A DNA stretch of 64,000 bases from Candidatus Omnitrophota bacterium (GTDB lineage Bacteria > Omnitrophota > Omnitrophia > Omnitrophales > Aquincolibacteriaceae). The stretch is from contig CAISGE010000070.1 of NCBI GenBank assembly GCA_903884815.1, forward strand, positions 22,080-86,079, given 5' to 3'. Shown here in pieces: positions 46,909 through 57,411 of the stretch. The position numbers and the translations under genes were made by a program. Below the pieces are notes generated by a model, which was not told the DNA's origin, made no database searches, and saw only the letters and a list, made by a program, of their open reading frames with translations. Within the stretch, counting starts at the first letter, position 1. Each line of letters opens with the position of its first letter.

Positions 46909-48150
46909 TCATCTCCTGGGGTTCGCCCACTTTTGCCCCCAACTCTGATAAAGATCTTCCATAAACTTCTCCCACTCCGCCTTAAGCTTACTCAGCGGGT
47001 AGGGCACGGGACGAACCGGCTTCCCGGAAGTCCAGACGATCGAGAACTGCCCGTCTTCCTTAATGACCCCGATCCTCACCGTTTTCCAGGTATGCTGCGT
47101 CCCGGGATCGACGTACACAATGCCTTCCGGGGCCGAGAAGCTTTGGCCCTGGATGGTTTTGCGCACGGCGTTCACATCTTCTGTCGCCGCATCCTCCACG
47201 GCCTGGGCCCACAAGTACACCCCCACATAGCCCGCTTCGACCGGATCATCGATCACGCGGTTTGCTCCGTATTTCTTCTTAAAGGCCGCCACAAAAACCT
47301 TATTTTCCTCTGAGGCAATACTCTGGAAATAATTCCGGGATCCGTAATTACCGGCGACGGTCTTCGGATCCATCCCTGTGAGTTCCTGTTCTCCGAGACT
47401 GAAGGAAAGCGTGGGGAGCCTGTCCGGTGTCACGCCGGCCCTGCGCAACTCCGTAAAAAAAGCGGCATTCGTATCCCCGGTCAGGGTATTGAGAATGACA
47501 TCCGGCTTTGAGTTGAAGATATTCTGAATCACGCCCGCGACATCCTTGGTGCCGGGCAGAAGATAGTCTTCTCCCACGATCTCCCCGCCCAGCGCGTTCG
47601 CCTGAGCTTTGATGATCTCATGGGCCGCGTGTGAAAAAAGGTAGTCGGAACCGACAAGAAAAAGACGCTTCCACCCCTTGTCAAAACACCACTTCACTGC
47701 GGGAAGGATCTGCTGGTTGGGGGCCGCTCCGGTGTAAATGATGTTCGGGGATTGCTCAAGGCCTTCATATTGGACAGGATAGATCAGAAGATGATTGTAT
47801 TTCTCAAAGAGAGGCTTGAGGGCCTTGCGGCTTTCCGAGGTCCAGCCGCCAAAGACCACGCAGACTTTTTCTTTTGTGATCAGCCGCTCGGCCTCGGCGG
47901 AAAAAGTAGCCCAATCGGATCTTCCATCAGCGATAACGGGTTGGATCCTGCGCCCCAGCAGGCCGCCCCGGGCATTGATCTCCTCGATGGCCATGAGCGT
48001 CGCGTCCTTGACAGAGGTTTCAATGGGCGCCATCGCCCCGCTCATCGAGAAAAGAACCCCCACCTTGATCGGCTCCCCGATCGCGACCTTCCCGCAGCCG
48101 AGGCTCCCCAAAAGCACCGCGAGCACTGCGGCGATGACCTTCAAACGCAT
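46909..48150 (-). CDS. Periplasmic solute-binding protein, LivJ/UrtA/AmiC-type (type I PBP fold), first gene of the phosphorelay operon
   Basis: Lipoprotein-type signal MRLKVIAAVLAVLLGSLGCG with RBS GGGAGG. Type I PBP motifs include KVGVLFSMSG, VVFGGWTSESRKA and a UrtA-like C-terminus (TQHTWKTVRIGVIKEDGQFSIVW). Confidence 0.8.
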   Translation of the reverse strand: MRLKVIAAVLAVLLGSLGCGKVAIGEPIKVGVLFSMSGAMAPIETSVKDATLMAIEEINARGGLLGRRIQPVIADGRSDWATFSAEAERLITKEKVCVVFGGWTSESRKALKPLFEKYNHLLIYPVQYEGLEQSPNIIYTGAAPNQQILPAVKWCFDKGWKRLFLVGSDYLFSHAAHEIIKAQANALGGEIVGEDYLLPGTKDVAGVIQNIFNSKPDVILNTLTGDTNAAFFTELRRAGVTPDRLPTLSFSLGEQELTGMDPKTVAGNYGSRNYFQSIASEENKVFVAAFKKKYGANRVIDDPVEAGYVGVYLWAQAVEDAATEDVNAVRKTIQGQSFSAPEGIVYVDPGTQHTWKTVRIGVIKEDGQFSIVWTSGKPVRPVPYPLSKLKAEWEKFMEDLYQSWGQKWANPRR

Positions 48151-48249
48151 GCTTGAACCTCCCGCTCCGTGGACCTTGCGTGCCAAACGTTTACCTTTAT
48201 AGAACCGGATCATAGGAAATTCAAGCGGTTTTAGAGAAAAATGCCGCAT

Positions 48250-50040
48250 TTATTTCTCCTTTTGAACTGTAAACCCAGAAACCATCCGGCCAGGCACCCT
48301 CAGCCTTAAGTGCGCGTCAAAATAGGGGGTGCAAGGCAGCGGCGAATCCCAACATGCATCCCCGCGCCTTGGAGTGTACACCGCGAACCCGGAGACTGTG
48401 ATTCGTCTATTTAAAGATGCGGCGGGGATCACATGCCATCCCGCGTTCGAAACCTGCAGAATCTTCCTATTGTGAATGAACGCGTTGCTCAAAAGAAGAA
48501 CGCTCCCCATACAAAAAATAGTACCCACTGTCACAATAAACATTCCCCTACGGATATTCCCCTGGGCGGCCACAAAAAATAAAAGGATCGAACTTATTGC
48601 AGCCAGAAAAAAACACGCGGCAGAAAACCTTGGGTCAGGGGCGGTAAAGAACCAATAGACCAGGGATGCCACGGGAGGAAGCAAAATGGCCCATTCCAGA
48701 TCATACGGCCGCCTCGCTTTTGTGAGACGGGCCACACCCGCAGCGATCAGGCAAAAGGAAGCGGTCCACAGAACGGGATAAATCACGTCGATCCTGTGAT
48801 ACTTCGCTATTCTGTGAAGCCAGGGGTTCAGCCATGCCCAACTGCTCAGGACATCCTGCCAGGGGACCCTCGGCATCCGGGCCCAACTATAGACCCAATT
48901 GGCTGTATCTATGATTTTCTCTTTGGGCACGGCCCAATCAACAGCCACCCAACCGATCGTGGATGGAAAAAGCGGCACTCCGGAAAGGATAATACCTCTC
49001 AGGCACCAGACCGGGATCGCGAGAACCGCAGGCATAAGGAAACGAAAAACGCCTTTCAAGGAAGAAGGGTGTGATGTTCTCCACGCGTAGGCAGAAGTAA
49101 AACCGAGGATCACTGAGGAAAAAGCCAGATTGCTCAGTTTTACCGTCACAGCCGTCGCGGCCAAGACGACGAGAACCGTCGCTCGATAGCGCTGAGCTTT
49201 TTGTCCCTGGAGCCATTCGGCGATCCCGTGGGCAAGCAGGATAAACATAGTCAATTGCAGAAGCGCCGAGGCCAGATCCGCCGTCGCTGAAGCGATCCCG
49301 TCTGAGAACAACGCAATAAACACAAGGATCGGCAGCAAGAAAAGATCCGAAATATACCGGAAAGGATGTTCTAGCATGAGCCGTGATGGCTGACGGATGA
49401 CGGACGCGACAGAGGGAAAAAGGGTTGCCAAAACAATCAGGAAAAGGAAGCTATTGGCGAGTGAACATCCGTGTCCAAAGTAGGGATATAAGTTGAGCGC
49501 GGCAACATACGTGAAAAATGAGTGATTGAAAGCCAGTCTCCCATGAAGGTTGCCAAGTCCGGGAACGATCGGGTAAGTGTTGATCCAACGGATCGTATTC
49601 AAGTAATACAGCCCCAGATCCCAGTGCGTCGGGGGCAGCATGGATCTCGAAGCAATCCAAACGGCAACCCCCAGAAACAAGACCACGCCAATCGCGAGCA
49701 AGATCAGCTCCCCCTGGCTAACAAAATAACTCCGCACGCCCGGCCGAGTCTGAAGGATCGCAAAAACAAAGCCCAAGGCAAACACAGGGATGGAAACATA
49801 AGCTGTGAGGGAGAAGAAAAAATGCGCTATCTGAAATAGCAAAAGCGTGAAAGCCCAACCCAGCCAAACGGGAAGTGCGAAGGATTCAGGCTTTTCATTC
49901 GAAACACCTAAGCAGAACGCGGCGACTCGCCCCCAACCGTAATAGGAAACGCCAAGAAGCAGATAGGCAAAAAGCATGCAACAAAGCGCCGAGATATGCG
50001 TCATGTGGGGCATCGTAGGCCACTCATCCTTTAAAATCAA
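48250..50040 (-). CDS. Large polytopic membrane protein (at least 12 TM), hypothetical; possible GT-C-type glycosyltransferase or polymerase
   Basis: Hydropathy only. No conserved catalytic motif identified. It is in an operon with the downstream GT-C gene. Confidence 0.55.
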   Translation of the reverse strand: MILKDEWPTMPHMTHISALCCMLFAYLLLGVSYYGWGRVAAFCLGVSNEKPESFALPVWLGWAFTLLLFQIAHFFFSLTAYVSIPVFALGFVFAILQTRPGVRSYFVSQGELILLAIGVVLFLGVAVWIASRSMLPPTHWDLGLYYLNTIRWINTYPIVPGLGNLHGRLAFNHSFFTYVAALNLYPYFGHGCSLANSFLFLIVLATLFPSVASVIRQPSRLMLEHPFRYISDLFLLPILVFIALFSDGIASATADLASALLQLTMFILLAHGIAEWLQGQKAQRYRATVLVVLAATAVTVKLSNLAFSSVILGFTSAYAWRTSHPSSLKGVFRFLMPAVLAIPVWCLRGIILSGVPLFPSTIGWVAVDWAVPKEKIIDTANWVYSWARMPRVPWQDVLSSWAWLNPWLHRIAKYHRIDVIYPVLWTASFCLIAAGVARLTKARRPYDLEWAILLPPVASLVYWFFTAPDPRFSAACFFLAAISSILLFFVAAQGNIRRGMFIVTVGTIFCMGSVLLLSNAFIHNRKILQVSNAGWHVIPAASLNRRITVSGFAVYTPRRGDACWDSPLPCTPYFDAHLRLRVPGRMVSGFTVQKEK

Positions 50041-50145
50041 CAGCCGTTGCCCTTATAAATCGGGAACCCTAAATAACTCCTTGTACGAAAGGGCCTGATC
50101 TTGTAACAAGAATCCGCGATCCCCTATTTCGGAATGATGAACCTT

Positions 50146-51834
50146 TCAAGTCGTGGGCACAGCTTTGCCATATTTTTTCACTTTTACTACGGCGCAGATA
50201 GGAACCCCATCCACCGTGACCGTGTGCACCGTCCCAGGCGGCGGCCACCGCCCCTGACGAAAATCTTCGGGAGAAAGATATCTCGAAAGTTTGATCACAT
50301 AATCTGCGTCGTCCTTGGAATGACTCAGAACATACCTTCCGGCGAGCCCGCGCAATAGATAATAGGCCACTTGGGGGGGTTCTCCGTCCGAGGCAATACG
50401 GACCGGTCCGGTCCCTCCTTGTTTCTGACAATCGCTTGCCAGCCACTGCGCCGCTTGCTTCAAACCATTCCCCCAATAATCAGTCTCATAGCGCCCATAA
50501 GCACCCCGTATCCCGCCCACCCAAGGATTAAAATAAACGTATTCATTCGGATGATTCCTCACCATCCACCCCACCGGCTCCACCGCGAACACCATAAGCA
50601 GCAACCCTCCGAGGATCTTCTCCCGCCGGGTCTTGAACCACGCGAAAAGCTCCTGCCATCCCAGCACCGACAGGATCACAAGCGTCGGGTAAATAAAAAG
50701 AAAATGACGCCAGCTATCATAAAGGATCGATCTCCGGAGCATCGCGTAAATAACCGGGAGGACCGTCACCATAAGGATCAGCAGCAAATAACGGCCCGGG
50801 ATCTTTTTCAAAACAGAACCGAAACGGATCGCCGACAGCACTAATCCCGCCTGTACGAACAAAGGAATGGTGATCAGCATCCAAACGGGGATATAAAACC
50901 AGGGAGCTGCGTTCAGCCAGACTGTCTGACCGTTGAAGAGCATGGATCCCTGGACGGCGGCCCGGAAGTAAGAAAGTTCCTCAAGCCCCTTCAACGGGTG
51001 GTGTATCGGATCGATCAATCCGTAAGGCCAAAAGATAAATCCCAGAAAATAACCGGCTCCAAGGACCCACAGGACTTTCAGAAAGGTATTCCGCGGCACA
51101 CGGAATTCCTTCTGCCTCAGGACACCTAGAAGCCACGATACAAAGAGAAAGAAAAACAAGAAGCAGAAGAGAATGAATGCCGCGCTAGCCCGGATATTGA
51201 CCGCTATCGCGATCCCGAGGGCAAGCACGGAAGCGGCTGCGAAGGAGGGTCGGGGCCAAGCTTTTAAAAAGCGTGTCATGCCGTAGATAGAAAAAATATA
51301 CGCGGCGGCAAACGGTATGTCCTTGGGATTATTCATCGAGTGCCCTAGGAAACAAGGCGTGACGATCAGGAACAAAAAGGTCAGAGATGCCGCCCGCCAT
51401 CCGGCCAGTTCCTTGGCCAGAAGTCCCGCGAATAGCATGGCAGACCACCCAAAGCAAGCGTTAAGAAAATGCCGGGATTCATAATAATATGGCAGGTAGA
51501 GCTCGAACGGAGGGTTGGAGAAGATCATTTGGGAAAGGTTATGATGCCAGAGGCCGTAGAGAAGATTCGCCATGGCATCGAAAAGAGCCCCATAGAGATA
51601 TTGGACGCCGAAGAAAACAAAACACTCTTTCGCCGCCCCTCCCGTGGCAAGAAAGCGAAGCACAAGCCTCCCGTAGTGGTCGCTGATCCAGTCATCCCAG
51701 GTGATTCCGAAATCCCGCGAGATGAAAAGCATGAATATAAGCGCCACTCCGGCAAGCGCCCAAAAAAGAGCCTTAGAGAAAGACTCTTGGGAAAGTCCTG
51801 GGGATATATTCGTTCTTTCGATTTGTGCCAGCAT
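50146..51834 (-). CDS. GT-C fold membrane glycosyltransferase (PMT/ArnT-like, GT39/GT83 type)
   Basis: An N-terminal TM bundle with an acidic first periplasmic loop (RDFGITWDDWISDHYG), at least 11 TM, and a C-terminal soluble domain of about 150 aa, the PMT/ArnT-like topology. Confidence 0.7.
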   Translation of the reverse strand: MLAQIERTNISPGLSQESFSKALFWALAGVALIFMLFISRDFGITWDDWISDHYGRLVLRFLATGGAAKECFVFFGVQYLYGALFDAMANLLYGLWHHNLSQMIFSNPPFELYLPYYYESRHFLNACFGWSAMLFAGLLAKELAGWRAASLTFLFLIVTPCFLGHSMNNPKDIPFAAAYIFSIYGMTRFLKAWPRPSFAAASVLALGIAIAVNIRASAAFILFCFLFFFLFVSWLLGVLRQKEFRVPRNTFLKVLWVLGAGYFLGFIFWPYGLIDPIHHPLKGLEELSYFRAAVQGSMLFNGQTVWLNAAPWFYIPVWMLITIPLFVQAGLVLSAIRFGSVLKKIPGRYLLLILMVTVLPVIYAMLRRSILYDSWRHFLFIYPTLVILSVLGWQELFAWFKTRREKILGGLLLMVFAVEPVGWMVRNHPNEYVYFNPWVGGIRGAYGRYETDYWGNGLKQAAQWLASDCQKQGGTGPVRIASDGEPPQVAYYLLRGLAGRYVLSHSKDDADYVIKLSRYLSPEDFRQGRWPPPGTVHTVTVDGVPICAVVKVKKYGKAVPTT

Positions 51835-51867
51835 TCAATCCAACCCTTTATCTTTCGAAACCACGCC

Positions 51868-51947
51868 TCTCGGACACACGATCACGCCCTAGTTATCGGC
51901 TGCCTCAGAACATGAGATTAGGCACATTCTAAGCAAAAGATCCCGGA
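51868..51947. repeat. About 75-bp intergenic repeat element, copy A (upstream of the GT-C gene)
   Basis: cacgccctagttatcggctgcctcagaacatgagattaggcacattctaagcaaaagatcccgg matches 59596-59678 at about 90% identity. It contains an imperfect palindrome ctcagaacatg...cacattctaag. Confidence 0.6.
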
Positions 51948-52068
51948 AAAGCATCAAAGTTGGCCGTAGCCTGGCCAAGAACAATTGGAAGAGGTTTTCA
52001 ATTAATGGGAAGGTCAGCATATTGAGCTGATATTCGTAAATTTCTACACATCCGAACGATGTTCTTTT

Positions 52069-55000
52069 TTAATTCCCTTTGATCTTCCGACTGGCTTCCC
52101 CGGCCGCGGCATCAACCTGCATGATGAATTCATCTTCGCTCAGGCCACCCAATATCTGCTTCACTTGTTGAGGATTCGCACGAATAAGTCTGGCCTTCTC
52201 CAAAAGTGCGGGGTCGATCCTGGCGATCTTGTCGAGATCCGCTACCTTGCCACCTTTCTTTAGGATCTCCAGATTTTTAGCGGCCTCTTGAAGAGCAAGC
52301 GCTTTATCGGCCCTCTCAAGAGCCTTGGACGCTTTTTCAGCCGTAAGTTCATCCGTTTTGGAAAGGGCCTCTTTTTGCTTTTTCATGATACTTTCTGCTT
52401 CTCCAGGCTTAACCTTGGGAGAATCTTCTCCGGCAAGCTCAGTCAGCTCTTTCTCAAGACTTTGTTTCTTCGCCGCTACGGAGTGGGCCTCACGGGGGCT
52501 TGCGCCCGGCATCGATTCGTCAAGCCTCTTGATCTCCTTTTCAAGAAGATCTTTCCGGATAAGAAGGTCCTGGTCCGTCATCGCCTGCCCGGAGGTCTTG
52601 TAAGATTTAATCTCACCTTCCTCCACTTTGAAAAACTTTGTCTTCCCCTGAACAGCCTGCCGTGTCTCTACGAATCCCCTTGCATAAGCATCGCCTGGGC
52701 CAGCCGACAGCCCAGAGCCGTTATAAATCTGGGATCGCACATCGTGAGCACTCAGACCCCTGGCCCTCAGGCTCGTATCCATAAAAGATTCTTGAGCCTC
52801 TGCGAGTTTTTTACAGAGCTCCCTGTCGGCCTTCATGAGATCCCCGCCATGATATTTGTCGGCGTAAACCTTTAAGGTCGATTCTTCGAAATTCGGACGC
52901 ACTGTAAAATCCGCGTCCGTATTGATCGAGGCGACCCTGCCGGTAGCGCTTGAACCGCTGTCTCCCGCCATCACTTCTTTGATCTGCACGCCTTCTTTTC
53001 CCTGGAACTCCTTTATCGTTTTCTTCATGCCCTCATCAAAGGCCTCGTTGACTTCTTTGTTGATCACGCTATTTATCTTTTTCACTTCATTTTTTCCAAG
53101 CTGGCCCAGACCCTCGAGTTGTATCATTTCGCCCCTTCCCGCGCCCGGGAAAAGCTCTTTGATCGCCTTGGCTTGCGTCGCTTCGTCTTTAATGCCCAAG
53201 GCTTTTTGAATTGCCATCTTTTTTCTAACAAGTTCTTTACTCAAGCCTTCTGTCCCAACCTCAGGGGCCATGCCGAGCGCCTTCCGAACCCCTCGGGATG
53301 CCGCGCCGCCCGCCCACGTGAAAAGACCCGAGGCCATCTGTCCGCCGGCCTCCTGTCCGATCATCGTAAGAGCCGTAATAGCAGCAGAGTCCATGATCGA
53401 CCGACCCTTTCGGAGATTATCGACCATGGTATAACCGGCGCCTGCTCCGGTATACGCGACTTCCGACCATCCCAGCGTTGCACCCCCAATAAGCATCCGC
53501 GCGGCCATCGATTTGATCGACATCCCTCCTTCGGCATCTTCACCCGTCACGATCTCACGGGCGGTCATCTGGGCCGTAGCCGTCATGGTCGACCGGGAAT
53601 ACCAGCGCGAATCGCGCGCGGCCTGGTCCATATCCTTTTCAAGCCCGTTCAGCTTGTCACGGAGCTCATCCTCTTTTTTGCGAAGGGCCGCAGTCTGCGC
53701 ACGCCTTGTCTCCGCTTCCCTTATCTCCTGTTTTGTCTTTCGGATATCTTCGGACATTTGTTTGAGTTCAGCCTGGCGTTTCTGGTCCGAGGCCTGATTG
53801 GCGGCCTGGAACTTCTGGTAGTTCGCATCCCTTTCTTTGGCTTCGCTTTCGCTGACCCATCCCCATTGATCCGTATACACTTTCCCTTCCTGGATCATTG
53901 CAAAGTCGGTCTCATAAATCTCGGGCTTCACCCATCCTCCGCCGGCCACGGGCGACCAGACAAGCCCCTGCTCATTCCTGTCTCCGGATTGCGGACCGGT
54001 TGGGACTGGTGCAGCGGCCTGAGGCTGCGAAGGACCGCCTTGTAACGTAATCGGCGGTAATTTTTCGCTATTGTCAGGTTCCGGATTCCAAAAATCTTCC
54101 GCCAAAGTCAGCGGCGGCGGCACATCAGCCTCGGGCTCAGACATTTCATCGGCTAATGTTTTTTGCGCTTCCGAAGAAGCAGCTGATTTAAAAAATACGG
54201 AAGTGTCCATATTTTTCAATTCGTTGAACACCGCCATAATTTGTTCTTCTGCTCCTGGGGTCATCTCAAGGACACTTACCCTATCAACGACATCGGGATT
54301 ATATTCACACCGAAAATAAACATTCTTGAAGCGAATGGCCCACCTCACACCCGATAACTGCCTATGCGGCCAAGTACCGCGGGTCCCAGGGTCAACAAAC
54401 GTGGCAATGGCACCACTGTCCCCGAGTCCGGGATTGTTATTGATGTTGGTTTCAAAATACGTGTCCGTTTTGCGCCAATCATCAATCTGCCAGCCGATCT
54501 CTTTTTCGATTCTTTCTTCGCTTTCTTTTCCTGGGGCTCGAAAAGAAATATCGAAATGGAGCACATAACTATCCTTTTTCCAGCCGGACGCCGCATTAAA
54601 AAGCGGCAAACTGCGGGCCGAATAGCGAAGCTCCATTTCCGGGGAGGCGCCGTCAAAGCCTCTCACTTGAAGGTTGATGTCATCCGCCCTGATGTATCCG
54701 ATATTTTTAACGAGCGGCTTAAGAGAATTTGGTAACCGGTCATAATGGGGGTTATCCGATCGAAAGATCTTTTTCCAATCCTCGGTCTGCATGGCCTTCT
54801 GAAGAGGCTCGTACACTGTTTTATTAGGGTCGAAAGACTGCCCATTGTGAGCTTCTTGGTATAGTTTAGGACTCTCATCGATCCTGATCCGGGCCACGAT
54901 CCCATTATTCCGGATATAACAAAAATGTTCTTTCCCATTGTAATTGGTAGCCGTCCACTGAAACACCTGACTTTCTTCAGCGGGAAGCGGCGCAGACCCT

Positions 55001-57408
55001 ATAAAAACAGGCTTTTTCCAATCGTTCGCTAAATGATGCCCTCCCGTCGCTTCGTCGTAATCGTGTTTATCCATGTGGCCCCATAGGGCTCTCGGACTGT
55101 AAAAATGGACTAATACGCTCGCGTTCCATGTGGTCACTGCAATTGTTTTGGGAGCTATTTCTTGTACGGTATAGTCGATGTCCGCCACTCCATCATAAGT
55201 GTCTTCCGCACCAGTCGACTGGATTTTGGACTTGCCAGGTATAACGAAATTTTTCAGCACATTAGGGACGCGATAACCTTCAAATAAATTTGCATCAACA
55301 ACCGGGTCACGGTTCTCCCATGTTTTTCCGGACATATCAAAAGTGAAATCTTCGACGACTTCTTGCCCGGGCTTTCCGGTAGTTTTTCCGACTTTGAGTG
55401 ACACCGGAAACGACTGAGCCGCATTCCCTGTTTGAATGTCGATCACTTGCAATGCAGCCTGGTAATCGCCGAGCTCCAGCATCGCAAGATCACAGGAAAC
55501 CGTTGCTTTCAATTTTTGGCCCGGGGCAATGGATCCCTTTTCGGAATTAACGGTCACCCATTTTTCGGAAGCCTTCCATTGATATTCCAGGTTCTTGCTT
55601 CCTTGATACAGCATTTCAAATGTTTGGGGTTGGACTACGCGGCCGCGTGTTCCAGCAAACGCCAGCTGTGCCGGCACAAAAATTATTTTTTTTTCTTCCT
55701 TAAGAACTAAAACAGCTTCAACCGTCAGCGTTTGCTTTTCACCGTATTCAATTACAATACGCCCGGGCTGCGGTCCGGCCGGAAGGTCCCCGGGCTTGAA
55801 CGCGACTTCGATCGTCTGCTGCTGTCCGGCATTGACCTGGCCCACGGCAGGAACTTCCATCCATGGAACATCCGAGCTGATCTTGTACGAAACGGTTTCA
55901 TTGCCGGAATTTCTCAGCACAAGAATTTTCGTCGGGACCGTTTCTCCCTTTTTAGCTTCGACTTGAAACTTGGCCATATCCAAAGACAAGGCTCCTCCTG
56001 CAACAATGATCAATTTCACTGGAAGTTTCTGCGGGCTGTTCTCGGCGTTGGGATCCGTGACCTGGATCGTGGCCAGATGTTCGCCAACCGGGAGGCCGGA
56101 AGTATGGACCTTTATATCGATCTGCGCCGAATCACCTTTTTCGAGCTTTCCGGAAACAGTGCCGAGCTCCAGCCACGGAGCGTCTTTGACGCATTGGAAA
56201 TTCAATGTTCCGTCACCGTCGTTTTTGATGACAAAATTGCCGCTTCCTTCGAGAGCTTTTCCGGCTTTGGCCTTGAAATCCAGTTTTTCCGCATCGATCG
56301 CTATCACCGGCGGCACGGTAAGCTTGAACTTGACTGGGATCTTCTTCAAAGTTTTCGCGGCTTCGTCCGTGATCACGATTTCACTGGTCTGCTCGCCGGG
56401 TTGAAGCTGTTTTGTTTCATAGTTGATCGTGAGAACGACCTCCTCTCCCCCCTGCAGCGTCTTCGAGGCGGGCATCACAGAAAACCAGGGATCTTTTGCT
56501 GTAGCTTTAATCGTAACAACGGAAGAACTTGTGTTTACAACGCGGAGGATCTGAGGATTGACCGGTTTTCCCTTTACTCCCTCAGCGGACAATTCCTGGG
56601 CGCTTAGCGAAAGAACATCGTTCGTCATCACAAAAGCCGTTACCTGGATATTTTGCGGACTGTTCTCTGCGCCCGGAGCAGTTACCGTGATCGTAGCAAC
56701 GTGAGCTCCGGCGGACATCGCGGAAGTTTTCATCTTGATTGTTGCGGAAGCGGACTGATTGCCGGAGATCTGCCCATTCGCAGGTTCCGCTGCCATCCAC
56801 GCACTCCCATCGTCCGCCGAGAAAGCCAAGCGAAGCGAATAATTCAACATCCCGGCTCCCAGGTTCTGGATCATGAACGTCTGATCGCTCGCGTTTTCTC
56901 CTTGACGGAATTTTGCACTCAACTGTTTTTGATCCAGCGCGAGCACGGCTCCGGGAAGCATCTCCAGCCGCACAAGCACGGTACGGGGACTGTTCTGGGC
57001 GTTCGCATCTTCGATCACGACCGGCGCCACATAATTCCCCTCTTTAAGATCCGCGGTCTTGAAGCGAAGGTTGATCTTCTGCTCCGATCCGGCCGAGGAA
57101 GTTCCCTGTTCCGGGATCACTTCGAGCCAGGACATCGTTGACTTGACCGTAAAATTGAGCGTGCCCGCTCCGGTATTTCTAACGCTGAAGCTCGCGTCCT
57201 GGGTATTCTCTCCGATAACCCCCCGCACTTTGACTTCTGGAACGCTCGTTTCAATAAAAGACTTGGAAGCGTCTGGAGGCGTACCCGAGGTGGCAGTTTT
57301 CAGCACCTGTACCGCTTTATCCAAAAAACTAGAAAAACCCGGCGGCAGGATCATAAAAAAACATACTATTGCGGCGAAAAAAAACGGGATCGTTTTGGGA
57401 ACTTTCAT
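52069..57408 (-). CDS. Giant secreted protein (1779 aa): signal peptide, at least 5 tandem Ig-like (BACON/ASH-type beta-sandwich) repeats, then a C-terminal region of about 1000 aa of unknown function with coiled-coil and Gly-zipper segments
   Basis: MKVPKTIPFFFAAIVCFFMILPPG signal. Repeated units of about 100 aa share ...NxGAGxLNF..K....WLE.....G.L..G....I.......G.Y.A.V.I...NA.NSP... motifs. The C-terminal part has a charged coiled coil (QKRQAELKQMSEDIRKTKQEIREAETRR) and GxxxG-rich segments. Confidence 0.8.
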   Translation of the reverse strand: MKVPKTIPFFFAAIVCFFMILPPGFSSFLDKAVQVLKTATSGTPPDASKSFIETSVPEVKVRGVIGENTQDASFSVRNTGAGTLNFTVKSTMSWLEVIPEQGTSSAGSEQKINLRFKTADLKEGNYVAPVVIEDANAQNSPRTVLVRLEMLPGAVLALDQKQLSAKFRQGENASDQTFMIQNLGAGMLNYSLRLAFSADDGSAWMAAEPANGQISGNQSASATIKMKTSAMSAGAHVATITVTAPGAENSPQNIQVTAFVMTNDVLSLSAQELSAEGVKGKPVNPQILRVVNTSSSVVTIKATAKDPWFSVMPASKTLQGGEEVVLTINYETKQLQPGEQTSEIVITDEAAKTLKKIPVKFKLTVPPVIAIDAEKLDFKAKAGKALEGSGNFVIKNDGDGTLNFQCVKDAPWLELGTVSGKLEKGDSAQIDIKVHTSGLPVGEHLATIQVTDPNAENSPQKLPVKLIIVAGGALSLDMAKFQVEAKKGETVPTKILVLRNSGNETVSYKISSDVPWMEVPAVGQVNAGQQQTIEVAFKPGDLPAGPQPGRIVIEYGEKQTLTVEAVLVLKEEKKIIFVPAQLAFAGTRGRVVQPQTFEMLYQGSKNLEYQWKASEKWVTVNSEKGSIAPGQKLKATVSCDLAMLELGDYQAALQVIDIQTGNAAQSFPVSLKVGKTTGKPGQEVVEDFTFDMSGKTWENRDPVVDANLFEGYRVPNVLKNFVIPGKSKIQSTGAEDTYDGVADIDYTVQEIAPKTIAVTTWNASVLVHFYSPRALWGHMDKHDYDEATGGHHLANDWKKPVFIGSAPLPAEESQVFQWTATNYNGKEHFCYIRNNGIVARIRIDESPKLYQEAHNGQSFDPNKTVYEPLQKAMQTEDWKKIFRSDNPHYDRLPNSLKPLVKNIGYIRADDINLQVRGFDGASPEMELRYSARSLPLFNAASGWKKDSYVLHFDISFRAPGKESEERIEKEIGWQIDDWRKTDTYFETNINNNPGLGDSGAIATFVDPGTRGTWPHRQLSGVRWAIRFKNVYFRCEYNPDVVDRVSVLEMTPGAEEQIMAVFNELKNMDTSVFFKSAASSEAQKTLADEMSEPEADVPPPLTLAEDFWNPEPDNSEKLPPITLQGGPSQPQAAAPVPTGPQSGDRNEQGLVWSPVAGGGWVKPEIYETDFAMIQEGKVYTDQWGWVSESEAKERDANYQKFQAANQASDQKRQAELKQMSEDIRKTKQEIREAETRRAQTAALRKKEDELRDKLNGLEKDMDQAARDSRWYSRSTMTATAQMTAREIVTGEDAEGGMSIKSMAARMLIGGATLGWSEVAYTGAGAGYTMVDNLRKGRSIMDSAAITALTMIGQEAGGQMASGLFTWAGGAASRGVRKALGMAPEVGTEGLSKELVRKKMAIQKALGIKDEATQAKAIKELFPGAGRGEMIQLEGLGQLGKNEVKKINSVINKEVNEAFDEGMKKTIKEFQGKEGVQIKEVMAGDSGSSATGRVASINTDADFTVRPNFEESTLKVYADKYHGGDLMKADRELCKKLAEAQESFMDTSLRARGLSAHDVRSQIYNGSGLSAGPGDAYARGFVETRQAVQGKTKFFKVEEGEIKSYKTSGQAMTDQDLLIRKDLLEKEIKRLDESMPGASPREAHSVAAKKQSLEKELTELAGEDSPKVKPGEAESIMKKQKEALSKTDELTAEKASKALERADKALALQEAAKNLEILKKGGKVADLDKIARIDPALLEKARLIRANPQQVKQILGGLSEDEFIMQVDAAAGEASRKIKGN

Positions 57409-57411
57409 GAT

